From Eledone cirrhosa (lineage: Eukaryota): a DNA stretch of 64,000 nucleotides. Location of the stretch: assembly GCA_964016885.1 (NCBI GenBank), contig OZ024740.1, positions 147,622,001-147,686,000 on the forward strand, written 5' to 3'. The position numbers and the translations under genes were made by a program. The first letter of the stretch is position 1, and each line of letters starts with the position of its first letter. The notes beneath the pieces are model-generated. The model saw only the letters and a list, made by a program, of their open reading frames with translations, searched no databases and was not told where the DNA came from. Shown here piece after piece: positions 45,027 to 59,480 of this stretch.

Positions 45027-45985
45027 ATGTCAGTTAACACTTTCTCTCTACTGACCTCTTCCTCATACTTCCACTCATTCACTCACTGTTTCTCCCCTTC
45101 TCACTTCACCCCGTTCGCGACGAAAACAATTTCCTTCTTTCTTACATTGGATTCATCTCGAAAAGTCTATTTTCTACGCGCTCATATATTCACCCAGCTT
45201 ATACTGATAGAATAACTATGTAGCTTGTGTCTCTTCCTATCTACGGTTAGCTTTCCTCTTTGTTGTTTACTTGTCTAACTCGCTTTACGCGTTTTAATTG
45301 TCCTAATAACTTAATTTAGTTATTATTGCACCAACGTGAGGTATATGATTTTTAATGCAATGAAATATCTATGATCGTTGGCAAATCACTGATGAGGGAC
45401 TCATTTTATAACATGTTATCCATGTGCAACCTGCAGTATTCTTCTCCCCATTTTTTCACATATATTTACCTAAACTGCGATTCTGTTTTTCTCTCTCTCT
45501 CTCTTACTGCTCCCTCGTTCTCTCTGTTTCTCTTACTTTCTTTCGCCCCCTCTGTCATGTCAGTTAACACTTTCTCTCTACTGACCTCTTCCTCACACTT
45601 CCACTCACTCACTCACTGTTTCTCCCCTTCTCACTTCACCCCGTTCGCGACGAAAACAATTTCCTTCTTTCTTACATTGGATTCATCTCGAAAGGTCTAT
45701 TTTCTACGTGCTCATATATTCACCCAGCTTATACTGATAAAATAACTATGTAGCTTGTGTCTCTTCCTATCTACGGTTAGCTTTCCTCTTTGTTGTTTAC
45801 TTGTCTCACTCGCTTTACGCGTTTTAATTGTCCTAATAACTTAATTTAGTTATTATTGCACCAACGTGAGGTATATGATTTTTAATGCAATGAAATATCT
45901 ATGATCGTTGGCAAATCACTGATGAGGGACTCATTTTATAACATGTTATCCATGTGCAACCTGCAGTATTCTTCTCCCCATTTGT
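45027..45985 (+). mobile_element. Retrozyme-like direct repeat, period 530 bp, each copy with a permuted hammerhead
   Basis: 45027-45455 matches 45557-45985; flanked by (TA)n; no credible ORF. Confidence 0.75.
45331..45400 (+). ncRNA. Candidate non-circularly permuted hammerhead (second copy 45861-45930)
   Basis: AGGTA-TA-TGATTT .. GAAA-TATCT .. AAATCA-CTGATGA. Confidence 0.6.
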
Positions 45986-46012
45986 TCATATATATATATA
46001 GAGAGAGAGAGA

Positions 46013-46089
<77 letters not shown>

Positions 46090-46099
46090 TATCGATAGT

Positions 46100-46390
46100 C
46101 GGGACTAGAAGAATTTTGGTAAAGTTTATCTACATTTTTTTCTTCAAACTTACATTTTAGACTTAGCTCCGTTTAATTGACTATTTATCTAGATAATGTC
46201 TACGGACTAAGAGGAAAGACTAGGTAAATTTTATCTCACTGTTCCTCACTGTCACATTTATCTTATTTCTTCAAAGTAACATTTTAAACTTAGCTCCGTT
46301 TAAATGATTATTTATTTAGCTGATTTTTCTACGGACTAAGGAGGAAAAGAATCGGATATATTTTGTCTGACTGTTCTTCAAACTTATAAT
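46100..46390. repeat. Degenerate ~128-bp tandem repeat
   Basis: TCTTCAAA..ACATTTTA.ACTTAGCTCCGTTTAA..CTACGGACTAAG repeated. Confidence 0.6.
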
Positions 46391-46396
46391 TATATA

Positions 46397-46694
46397 TTAG
46401 AAAGTGAGGGTTTTTTTACAAAATGAAAAATAACCGAGGTGTCCTACACGAGTGAAAGTATAAGGAAAAAAGATGAAATCGAAAATGCAACTGGAGTCTT
46501 TTATTTTTTAAAATATATATTTATTTGGTTCCTTTACCGGTTTCGCAGTTCTTCTGCTTTACAAAAGTAGAATTGAGATGGAGGGTTTGTGGTTTTTCTT
46601 ACAGAAGAACTGCGAATCCGGTAAAGGAACCAAATAAATATATATTAAAAAAAAAAAAGACTGCAGTTGCATTTTCGATTTCATCTTTTTTCCT

Positions 46695-46697
<3 letters not shown>
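46397..46697. mobile_element. Foldback of the 909-1088 HHR family
   Basis: matches 880-1088 and 6488-6760. Confidence 0.75.
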
Positions 46698-46739
<42 letters not shown>

Positions 46740-46779
46740 CAAAAGAATGAAGAATAACATGGTCAGCTGTACATATTTA

Positions 46780-46892
46780 CAGTATTAACAATTGTTTCTT
46801 TAGTCAGATGAATCTAAAAGTTGCTGATCGTTAGAAGTTACGTTACTCGAACTTAATAACAGTCGATACCCGACCAAATCGCCAGAATACTG
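46780..46892 (-). ncRNA. Hammerhead with mutated core (CTGGCGA) and long stem II
   Basis: CAGTATT CTGGCGA TTTGGTCGG..CTGACTAAA GAAA CAATTG TT AATACTG; related foldback at 51173-51418. Confidence 0.65.
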
Positions 46893-47162
46893 ATATATAC
46901 ATCACACAGGGCACTGTAATTTATAGATACATAAATAAACCCTATTGTACAGCCGACCATGTTATTCTTCATTCTTTTGCTATTATTACTTCAAGAACCG
47001 CCTGCCTAGGAACTTTCTTAAACCGGCTACCTGACTAACGAAACTTCTTGTTGAGTTCAACAACGTCGTATGTTAAAACTATCCCCGATAAAACTATCCC
47101 CGATACAGAATACTCATAACTATCCTCGACATAGCGTACTCATATATATATATATATATATA

Positions 47163-47222
<60 letters not shown>

Positions 47223-47501
47223 AATATATGACACGCTCCATCATCCACTTTTCTAAAACAATAAATCATACACAAAACGCCAGCATCAACAGTTTTCCAA
47301 GGGATGTCAACATGAATAAATCTCTTTTACTGCATCTTTCTGTTCTTTTTAATTTTTTATACACGCCCCGGAATATAGCTAAACTGGAATATACACCTTT
47401 TTTCTGCATTTCGTTGAGTACCACTCTGTTGTAAGCTGACATTCCACTACACGGTACATAACACTGTGTCCTGGAAAACATTAATGCACTCGTGCATAAC
47501 C

Positions 47502-47550
<49 letters not shown>

Positions 47551-47691
47551 TAAATCTACCAATCAATGGTAGGGTCTAAGCCGTATGAAGAACTCAATGT
47601 AATCCGTATGTAGATGTCGTGAAGCAAAGTTTAAAATACAAAATTTTCAACGATGTAATTCATTGGATACAGAGTCAAGAATAGAAATGTT

Positions 47692-49938
47692 AAAACAATG
47701 AAATTAAACAAAAAACGGTTAATTCATAGTGAAACTCAGTATTTTACGATCGTTTCTGGGTGGTAGTTTGCCCGTATGTTCATTCAATTATTGATCTATG
47801 TAAAATATATTACAAAATATCATAGTAAGAAAAAATACATACGTCTTCACTACCCGCCGTCTTCAGAAATAATGAGTTTTGTTTATTGAAGAATACAAAA
47901 AAACATACATATGAATAAGTAACGTTTTATAACCAGGTTGAGGTTGAGCAGTAGTAAGAATAGGAAGGGGAAGTATAGATCCTTAAGTTGGTAGTAGTAG
48001 ATGAATAAATAAGCAGGGGATGAGGTATCGAATGACTTTTAAGAAAAGAAATGAAAGTTGCTAGTGTAAATGAATTTAGACATATTGTATATAAAAGTGT
48101 TGATGGTCAAATAAGATTACGGTTGGAGGAAAAGGGGTACTGAGATTAGTGTGTTACATCAAGTAGAATGGTATAGAACAATCTTAAAATGTTGGTTATT
48201 TCTTTGTTGTGAGGAATAATTTGTTCTAAAAATATATAATATACTAAGTAGAGGAATATAAATGAAAACAAATGGAAGTAAAATTTAGATATAATATAGA
48301 TAAAATATTATATAGGTAAGAAAATACTATAGTTTGTGTAAGTATTGTATTGTGTTAGAGTGGTTAGAATAAAGTTTTCCCTGTAGGGAATTATATTTTA
48401 GAATAAGAATCTACATTTATAATCTGTTGTTTTTTTTTTTAAAGAATGTTTAAATGGATATCAGTTAAAAATGTTGTTAGATTATTGAAAATAATTGTTT
48501 CTACTTTTGGCACAAGGCCATTATTGAAAATAATGTAATATATAGTGCTAAATTATAGTTAATTACTTAAAACAATTATAGGGATGAGATATAGAATTTA
48601 ATCCATGGATTAATTCTAATAGCAGAAAAAAAAAATATAGATATACACACGCATATATATACACATATATATATATATATACACACGTACATATACACAA
48701 ACATACACACACATATACATGCACACACACATACACATACTATATAGACACATATACATGTACACACACACCTGTATATATATAGGCATACACTTATGCA
48801 TACACATACATATACATATTCACACACACATATACATATACACACATATACATATTCACACAAACACACACATACTCACACGTTTTTTCTCCTATATCAT
48901 TTTCTACATTTGTTTAGTTGTATTTATAATATTTGAATGTCCTTCTAATTTTATGTTTACATACTATCATACTATAATCAATTCTTGTTTTTTATTTAAT
49001 AGATTGTCCTTCGATTTAGTAATTTCAAACATTTCTTGGGAACACAGTCCACACTCCCTTCTATTGCCCTCATAAGAAATAGTCCTCTTAAGAATCTTCC
49101 AAGTTAGGTTATATTTAATATTCCTCCTTTTACAATTATTAACTGCTTCTGCTAAAGAAGTGGTATTTGCTCATTTTGTGTTTCGGAAACTGTGGGTATG
49201 TTCATAAAATCTCGATTTAGACGGATTAGAAGTGGATCCAATATAGGATCGATTAGAGTCCTTTGTGGTGATTACACATTTATATACTATATTATTAATT
49301 AAACAATACAATACAATACTTACACAAACTTTAGTATTTTCTTACCTATATAATATTTTATCTATATTATATCTAAATTTTACTTCCATTTGTTTTCATT
49401 TATATTCCTCTACTTAGTATATTATATATTTTTAGAACAAATTATTCCTCACAACAAAGAAATAACCAACATTTTAAGATTGTTCTATACCATTCTACTT
49501 GATGTAACACACTAATCTCAGTACCCCTTTTCCTCCAACCGTAATCTTAATTGACCATCAACACTTTTATATACAATATGTCTAAATTCATTTACACTAG
49601 CAACTTTCATTTCTTTTCTTAAAAGTCATTCGATACCTCATCCCCTGCTTATTTATTCATCTACTACTACCAACTTAAGGATCTATACTTCCCCTTCCTA
49701 TTCTTACTACTGGTCAACCTCAACCTAGTTACTTATTCATATGTATGTTTTTTTGTATTCTTCAATAAACAAAACTCATTATTTCTGAAGACGGCTGGTA
49801 GTGAAGACGTATGTATTTTTTCTTACTATGATATTTTGTAATATATTTTACATAGATCAATAATTGAATGGACATACGGGCAAACTACCACCCAGAAACG
49901 ATCGTAAAATAATGAGTTTTACTATGAATTAACCGTTT
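47692..49938 (-). mobile_element. Penelope-like 3' fragment (GIY-YIG 48960-49297) with ~640-bp inverted terminal repeats
   Basis: NIVYKC..SYIGSTS..SRFYEH..WKIL..CGLC; arms 47692-48352 / 49305-49938 each carry an HHR. Confidence 0.85.
49771..49920 (+). ncRNA. Type I hammerhead, 14-bp stem I, long stem II
   Basis: AAAACTCATTATTT CTGAAGA .. GAAA CGATCG TA AAATAATGAGTTTT. Confidence 0.85.
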
Positions 49939-49959
49939 TTTGTTTAATTTCATTGTTTT

Positions 49960-50087
<128 letters not shown>

Positions 50088-50090
50088 TAT

Positions 50091-50611
50091 GTGTTTGAAA
50101 TTATAAACGAAAAAATCCTAGAAACATACAAGTTCATTAAAAGTAAAAGGCAACCCAAATCACTAAAACACATTCTCACTCGAACAAATATACACAAACC
50201 AATCTCCAACCTTAAGGTAACAAAATGCGGGAAAATAAACTGTGGCACATGCCTATTCTTAATTGAAGGAAAAAATTAACATTTAAAGATGGCCCAACTT
50301 TTACAATGAAAAACAACTTCACTTGCAACTCAGAGAACCTGATCTACGTAATCACATGCGTTGGTTGTCGACATAACTACATAGGAGAGACGGGTGTGTC
50401 ATTACGCAAAAGAATGACAATCCGAAACGTAAACACAAGAAAAGTTCCCTTAAGTAGCCACATTGCAGATTATGGAAGAATGACCTTACACAACTTTAAA
50501 ATCTTCCCTCTTTATAAGGGCTCAGATTCTTTTAAACAACAACAACAAATAAAGAAAAACTATATATTGACAAATTTAAACCAAAATGAAATATCTAATC
50601 ACCCCCATTAG
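50091..50611 (+). pseudogene. Penelope-like Zn-linker + GIY-YIG remnant
   Basis: KRQPKSLKHIL, KCGKINCGTC, FTCNSENLIYVITC..NYIGETG. Confidence 0.85.
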
Positions 50612-50616
50612 ATTCT

Positions 50617-50738
<122 letters not shown>

Positions 50739-51031
50739 CACACACAGACACCACGAAATAAAAAAGAAATTGTTCATACACATATTTTCCAAAAATTCCT
50801 GATTGAAAGCCACCACTGATGCTTCGCTCTGTTTTTTTAATTTCCTACCACTAAAAGACATGTGACAAACAAACTAAAGCACACCCACACCACACTACAA
50901 AAACAAACAAATATATATCTATATGTTCCTCTCATTTTTTCAGTAATGTCACTTTGACTGATCAAAGGAGATAAAAAGTAAAACATTCTTTAAATATATT
51001 TTCTGTACTATTTCCAATCCCACCTTCTCCC

Positions 51032-51137
<106 letters not shown>

Positions 51138-51172
51138 AAGAGTGAAGAATAACATAGTCAGCAGTACAAAAA

Positions 51173-51418
51173 GGGTTTATTTACAGTATTAACAATTGTT
51201 TCATTGATTAAGTTGTCTAACAATTGCTAATCACTTGAAGTTGTGTCACTCAATTTTAAATACAGGGTATGCTTAAACAAATCATCGGAAAAAAAGTTTT
51301 TCCGATGATTTGTTTAAGCATACCCTGTATTTAAAATTGAGTGACACAACTTCAAGTGATTAGCAATTGTTAGACAACTTAATCAATGAAACAATTGTTA
51401 ATACTGTAAATAAACCCT
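51173..51418. mobile_element. Foldback with hammerhead 51302-51404 (CCGATGA core)
   Basis: ~120-bp inverted arms; GAAA CAATTG TT AATAC. Confidence 0.7.
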
Positions 51419-51458
51419 CTAACTGACTTAGCTATAATGATAATTTGTTATCCCCCCC

Positions 51459-51528
<70 letters not shown>

Positions 51529-51544
51529 AATGGCCAGCTGTGTT

Positions 51545-51604
51545 GTTGCATGGTCTGTAATGCGAAGAAATACCTATGATGGTAGACCACTGATGACGGA
51601 TTGT
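51545..51604 (+). ncRNA. Degenerate non-circularly permuted hammerhead candidate
   Basis: TGGTCTG .. GAAA TACC .. TAGACCA CTGATGA; cleavage-site U appears mutated to C. Confidence 0.5.
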
Positions 51605-51628
51605 CCTGGCTTCTATTTCTAATTCCTC

Positions 51629-52591
<963 letters not shown>

Positions 52592-53124
52592 TCCCCGTCC
52601 AGAAATAGCCGTCGAAACGGCTTGAGCTCTGCCGTCAGGGACATACATTTTCCTATATAAACAATGAGTTATATGCTTTGTTGATGAATATTCAACAGAG
52701 TTAAGTTTATAACAGATATGAAGCACTCTACCAGAACATTTTTTCTGGAGTATACTAATAATTTTAATAAATGGAAAATATTTTTATAACAACATATATA
52801 TTTTATTATACATATTGATAGACCGCCACACGACCAATATAAACACGCTATTTTTCAAAATTTATCAAGCGTCTATAACAACGTCTATATGTATCCCTAT
52901 GTTTAATGTATCCCTATTAATTTATATCCTTTGAAATTTTGAGGTTTTCTCTCACTGCCCATTGTTGGCAATCAAATAATGTTTATAGTTTCTGCAATCA
53001 AATAATAATTATTAATTATCAATTGCACATAGCATGACTAGGCTGTATAACTACTGTTGAAACATTTGTAAGCACTCGGAATAAATTACCTTTTTATGAT
53101 GTCTACCTGTTATTATTCATTCTT

Positions 53125-53239
<115 letters not shown>

Positions 53240-53768
53240 GTGTGTGTGTGTGTATTAAGTTTTTCCGTAGAAAAGATAAAAGAAAGAAGTGTGCTCTATG
53301 TATAATACAGAACTATTTAATTACATAATAAACAACACAATATAATTATTCCATTACCAAAGATTTCAGGAGACTTGACGATCCTCACAGAAACGTCCAG
53401 CTCGTTCATAAGATGAAATAGTTTTGTTTTGGATATAAGATTTGAAATTATTATCTATGAAAAGTGAAAATGAGAGTAAAATAACATCTTATAACAAAAA
53501 ATATATATACATGTTCACAGACATTTAAATATACATATCTGTATACACACATAAAAATACATGCGTGTATCTATATGTATGTATGTATGCATGTATGCAT
53601 GTACGTATGAATATTTTCTTCTCTGTGATACTCATTCATACGACACACACATACAAACACACACACACACTCACACACGCACACACAAACACTCATGCAT
53701 ACAGACAAACACACACACGCCACTCTCACACACACACACACACACACACTCACACATATATATATATA

Positions 53769-53952
53769 TTGGCATTATCGGTAGAGGGTCGGACATCATG
53801 CTTTGACGCATAGAGTTGTGGCCCTTGCTATTCTGAGTTCAAATCCTGCCGAGGTTAACTTTGCCTTTCATCCTTACGGGGTCGATAAAATAAAGTACCA
53901 GCAATGCACTGGGTAATTGCTGGCCTTGTGCCAAAAGTAGAAACAATTATTA
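53769..53952 (+). mobile_element. tRNA-derived SINE
   Basis: same family as 4191. Confidence 0.88.
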
Positions 53953-53958
53953 ATACTA

Positions 53959-54440
53959 CTAGCAGAAAAACCACCCTTCGGGTGGTTTACTTGCTAGCTT
54001 GTGTAGTGTGTATATTGATATTATACGCAAGTATATATACATGTAGATATGATACGTCAAATAAAATCGTAATTAACAATATACACAGAAATTGAACGAA
54101 GACTGTGTTACACTGTCTTATGTAGTCAGTAACGTAATCCATGACACATTAAAAAAAGACGATATTATATATAAACTGCATTAGGAGAAAATTAGTGACA
54201 GAAAATTGTTATGTTTATTTAAGCGATCGCCACCGGAAGTGTTGACATTTGAAAATTTTAAAGAAGTGAATCTTTAAATAAATAATAAAATATATTTAAC
54301 GAAGAGACACGAAATTTAGTAGATAAATTATGTAATATTCATTCATTATTTATTCAAAGTAATCCAACTTATTTTACTAATGGGATAAAAAATTATAAGC
54401 CATACGCAGTCCCGCGCTTCTTACTTTATTATAGTCTAGA
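53959..54440 (-). mobile_element. Non-autonomous Helitron (same family as 39292-39773)
   Basis: reverse-complement similarity, same termini. Confidence 0.9.
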
Positions 54441-54689
54441 TAGATGTGGCAACTGTTGTTTTTTGAAAGAGTGGGTACAATTGAAGCTGTTAGTGTGTTG
54501 CTGTTTAGATTTATCGTTGTTGTTTTCATAAGGTTTGATCGTTGACCGAGTGTTGGTAGTGATGGTGGTGGCAGTTGATGTTGATGGTTTTTTTTTTATC
54601 GTTTGGTGCCGCTATTGTTGTTGTTGATGTTGGTGCTGTTCCTCTTAGTGTTGATGTTGTAGATATTAGTGTTTTTTTTGTTTTGTTTT

Positions 54690-55160
54690 TTTCCATGCGC
54701 AGGGACAGAAATAATCGGGCTGGATACCCGATCGCGCGGTTAAACCACTGGGGGTAAAGGACCCCTAGTCTTTGTAGGGCATTCTTCTAGGAGAAGGCAA
54801 CTCAGGAAACTGGGATAACGCCGACATAAAACCTGTGACTCAGTAGTTACCGATGATGTTGATCCTTTCTTCTTTTCGGGTTATAGCTACTGCCGCTCAG
54901 AGAGTGGAATTGGTTCAGTCTTTCCTCACTTTAAAAATAATCTTTACGCACAGGCATTGCACGATAGCGTTAATTAATAATTATTAATAGTGTTACTTTT
55001 GGTACAAGGCCAGCAATTACCCCACCGCGTTACTGGTGCTTTATTTTATCGACTCCGTAAGGATGAAAGGCAGAGGTTAACTTTGCCTTTCATCCTTACA
55101 AAATAAAGCACCAGTAATGCACTGGGGTAATTGCTGGCCTTGTGCCAAAATTAGAAACAA

Positions 55161-55204
<44 letters not shown>

Positions 55205-57277
55205 AGTTAACCAAATCTCGTCGAGGTTAACTTTACCTTTCATCCTTACGGGGTCGACAAAATAAAGTACCAGTAATGTACTGGGTAATTGCTGGCTTTG
55301 TGCCTAAAGTAGAAACAATTATTATTATTTATTTTTTCTTCTATTGAATGTCTGGCTGTAGTTTCAAAAAGCAACCAATTCAATGATGTTCCAAAACAGT
55401 ATAAAAGAGATAATTGGCAATAAGGGCTCTGGAACCACACCAGGTGAAAGGGCCTGGCCCGGCAGGGGACCCAGGGTATCACAGCCTGGGTGCACCCGTC
55501 ATCGTGCCACTGTGATAGAACCAGACAAAACATTGAATATTGGCTGTTGGAACGTACGGACACTACTTGACAGGGATTCCTCCGAACATCCTGAATGAAG
55601 GATCGTTCTTGTTGCACAGGAGCTTCATTGTTACGATCTTCACATCGTTGCTTTATCCGAGACGAGGTTAGCTGGAGATGGTCATCTTACATAATTTTGT
55701 GGAAAATATACATTCTTCTGGAAAGGGAGAGATGAAAGAATTATAAGGGAGGCTGGGGTAGCATTTGCTGTTAAGACTCCTCTTGTAGATAAATTGAAGA
55801 ATTCCCAGTGGGGATTAGTGAGCATCTTATGTCCATGAGAATTCCGCTGGACAAAGGAAGATATGCAACCTTGGTGAGTGTGTATGCTCCAACTATGAAT
55901 TCTATTTTTGAGGAAAAAGTGTATTTTTATCATGCTTTGAAAGGTGTTTTAAGAAATATCCCTCAGGCAGACAAGGTCATCGTGCTTGGTGATTTTAATG
56001 TAATCGGAAGGCATGGGGTGGGAACGTGTAACAACAATGGTATGTTCCTACTGCAGATGTGTGAGGAGCTGAATCTGTGTTTTACCAACACCATGTTCCA
56101 GAAAGGAATAAATTTAAGACCACATGGATGCACCCTGCATCTAAAGAATGGTATCTTTTGGACTACGTCCTTGTTAGGGTGCGTGACAGACGGGATGTGC
56201 AGTGTGTTCGTGTTTTTCGTGGGGCTGAGTGTTGGACGGACTACCGCCTGGTACGTGCAAAAGTGAAACTAATCACTAAACGTAAAATCTGGCTCTTGGT
56301 GTTACCCCGCCGAGAAGACTAAATGCTGCTCGTCTTAGAGATAATAGTGTGAAGAGGACATTGCGAGAAGAAATGGATTTGCAGATTTTGGTGAGAATTG
56401 ACCTACCCTTATAAAGTCGGTTTATGATGTAGGCAGGCGTGTTCTGGGATTGGTGCAGAGAAAGCATCAAGACTGGTTTAAAGAAAATGATGAACATATA
56501 GATAAATTGTTGGCTGATAAGAGGCGCGCTCTGTCACGCTTCTTGGCAGCAAAGCCACAGGAGAAGAATATGTTGCATAAGGAATTTAAGGATGTGAAAT
56601 CACGTGTGAGGTGGAGGCTTTCTCAGATGAAGAATAAGTAATTGAGTGAAAAGGCTGATGAGATACAAGCTGCATCAGATTCCAATAACACAAATCTGTT
56701 GTAGAGTCTCTTGCGTTAAGTTTATGGACCGTCTTCTTCTCTGGTGACACCGCTTCGCAGCAGGATTGGCAAGGAACTTCGGGATTCACAGGGAATTCTG
56801 CGAAGGTGGCGAGAGCACTTTGATGAATATTGAATCAGCCGTCTGTCGTCAATGAAGATTTCCTCAATCTCATTCATGAAAAACCTGTGAAAATAGCTCT
56901 CGCAGAACCACAGACGTTTGAAGAGGTTACAGTAGCTATCACGAAGCTGGACGGTGGAAGGTCTCCAGGTATGGATGGCATACATGCAGAGCTCTTACAA
57001 TATGGTGGTGAGAGACTTCTGCGACACCTTCACTCTTTCTTTGGCAGGAAATGGGCTAGTGAATCCGTACCTGAGGAATGGAGAGATGCAGTAATAGTAG
57101 TCCTGTACAAGGCAAAGGGTAACAAGAATGATTGTGGAAACTACAGGGGTATATCATTGCTTTCTGTCGTATGAAAATGTTTATGTAGGGTGCTACTTCA
57201 CGTGCTGACAGACATTGCAGATTGTGTCCTTTATGAAAGTCAATCTGGTTTTCGTGCTGGACGCGGCACTACTGATA
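54690..57277 (+). mobile_element. RTE (BovB-like) LINE 5' part: APE + start of RT, decayed
   Basis: NIGCWNVRTLLD, SVYAPT, IVLGDFN, TWMHP..LLDYV, SPGMDGIHAE, NYRGISLLS; 5' boundary approximate. Confidence 0.85.
54990..55330. mobile_element. Cluster of SINE 3' fragments (inverted + tandem)
   Basis: core TTTCATCCTTAC..AATAAAGYACCAG in both orientations. Confidence 0.8.
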
Positions 57278-58110
57278 GTCGAGGGAGCTGAACTGGCCAG
57301 AGCTCGGCGCCCAATGTGATTGCCGGCGACTGAGATGAGTGAAGTCATCCGTCTGTGTCGATGATGGCGTGTCGTGAAAAAAAGCTTTCAGCTTTAATCA
57401 ACGGAAGAACCCTTCAATCTCGGCACGTGTGCGGAACCCGTCGCAGGTAGATGTGGTTGGTATAAAAGGCAACCAAGGGTGAGGAGGGAGCGCTCAGGTT
57501 CGGAGAGTGGTAGGTTCTGGGGTATGGTGACTACAGTGCAGGGACGTGAAGGAGTAAAATAGGTGGAGGTGGAGGGGTCAAGATGGTTGGGCAAGGGGTT
57601 AGGGTTGGAGGTGATATGAGTATGGGTGGTGACGGCAGGCGGGGAGCGGAGAGAGTCGAGTTTGTGGTTTTTTACGGAAGTGAGGAAATTGAAAAGGAGG
57701 CGATTGAGGTAAAGGATGAATTGGATTAGGGATTGGGCGAGGAAAGGGTGGCAAGCGGAGGAGAGATGGGGGTAGGCCTTGGGGAGATCTCGGTCGAGAG
57801 AACGGATTTGGGCGAGAGTTGATCGAATGGTCGCCCGCATGAGCTGGCGAGAGGAGCGGGTAAGGATGAGCTCAGTAGTGGGAGCAGAGTAAGAGGTGGG
57901 GTGAAACGTGAGGCGGAAACAGCGGGGAATGAGGTGGTGGTGGAGACAGCGACTTAAAAATGTGATCTGACTGTTGTATCGTGTTTTGGTGAAGATGAGG
58001 TTGGAGAGATGCAGGGAGGAGTGGATGCATATAGGGGGGAGAGGCTGGAGGAAGCGCTTGAGAGTAGATGGAGCTGGCGGAGAAAAGATTTGAGATTGAG
58101 CATATTGAAG
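57278..58110 (-). pseudogene. Penelope-like ORF N-terminal fragment
   Basis: TVVTIPQNLPLSEPERSLL resembles the VVNLS..L...E..LL.KGL.F motif upstream of Penelope RTs. Confidence 0.6.
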
Positions 58111-58169
58111 GTACTATATATATATACATATACAGACACACACACATACATATACACACATATATATTA

Positions 58170-59480
58170 ACAGTCAACGGTGCTGCGATCGAATGTGGCT
58201 TTTTAGCCCAGCCAATGATCTAAAATGTCTTGTATAGAGTTGGCAACCAAAACATCCACTGACAATAACCGGCTGTGGTTGGATTTCATGTACTTTTGCA
58301 TGTCTTTTGAACCCTCCTGCTGATCTACACTCTCTTGCACATGCTTGGCAGGTATGATGAGTAGCATCTCCAACAGCAGCCTGGTAGTCAACCACTTATT
58401 TCACTTTATGACTGCGAACATTACTTTTGAATCCAGCTTTGCTGAGGCAGAGTCTCGCACAGACGCTGCATAGGAGGACATTCCTGTCTAGAAATGCAAC
58501 AGCAATGCCCTTCCTTACATTCCTTTTTACTTTCTCGTATGCGATTCGAGATACCTCAAAAGCAACTTTCCCCTCATGTACTGTCTTTCTCCGTTTATTA
58601 CGATCAGCAGCTACGCTTTCCCATATATCAGCAGAGATGTTAGATTCTTTCAAAGAGGCTTTCAACGAATCCTTATACCTCTTTTTTGGTTTATGTGGAG
58701 GTCGTTTTCCTTTAATTAACTCTCCATAAAAGAGTTGTTTTGGTATTCTAGAATCCTTCATCCTGGCAAGGTGATCACTCCATCGGAGTCTTGGCTTAAG
58801 TAGAAGAGTTTCTATACTTTCACACAGAGAGCTTTCCAAAATCTCGCCATCACTGATGTGGTCCCTCCAGTGAACGCCATGGATCCGTCTGAGACACATC
58901 TGATGGAAACGCTCCAATTGTTTAAGGTGGTGTCGATATGTGACCCAGGTCTCGCAGGCATAAAGAAGAGAAGAGAACACACATGTCTTGTACACCTTTA
59001 CCTTTGTCTTCTTGCATATGTCTCGCCGACCCCAGAATCGCCTTTCTAGCTTTCCGAAAGCATCACTTGCTTTCCTAATCCTGAGTGGAATTTCATTATC
59101 AAGGTTGCTGTATCGATTGAGAGTGCTTCCCAGGTAGACAAACTGATCAACCACTCCAAGTCGTTTACCATACACATAGATATTTGGCTCACTGTACTGC
59201 TTACCAGGGGCAGGGACATGATGACGGTTTTCTTGAGACTGACAGTGCAAGCATCAGAAAATGCATTCAAAATGTGCTGCATATTACTATCTGTGTGTGC
59301 TACAAGATCGCAATCATCTGTATACAAGAGGTCTCTTATGATTGATGTAAATACTTTTGTTTTTGCAGCAAAGCGCCTGATGTTAAATATGCTGCCTGAG
59401 GTTCGATATTGGATGTAAACACCATGCTCGCAATTCCTGAATGCAATATAGAAAACCATTGCGAAGTATATGGCAAACAA
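58170..59480 (-). mobile_element. RTE LINE 3' part (inverted): RT C-terminus + C2H2 fingers
   Basis: DLLYTDD, FVYLGS, LLYACETW, RLRWSDHLARM..RIPKQLFYGEL, CSVCARLC..H. Confidence 0.88.
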
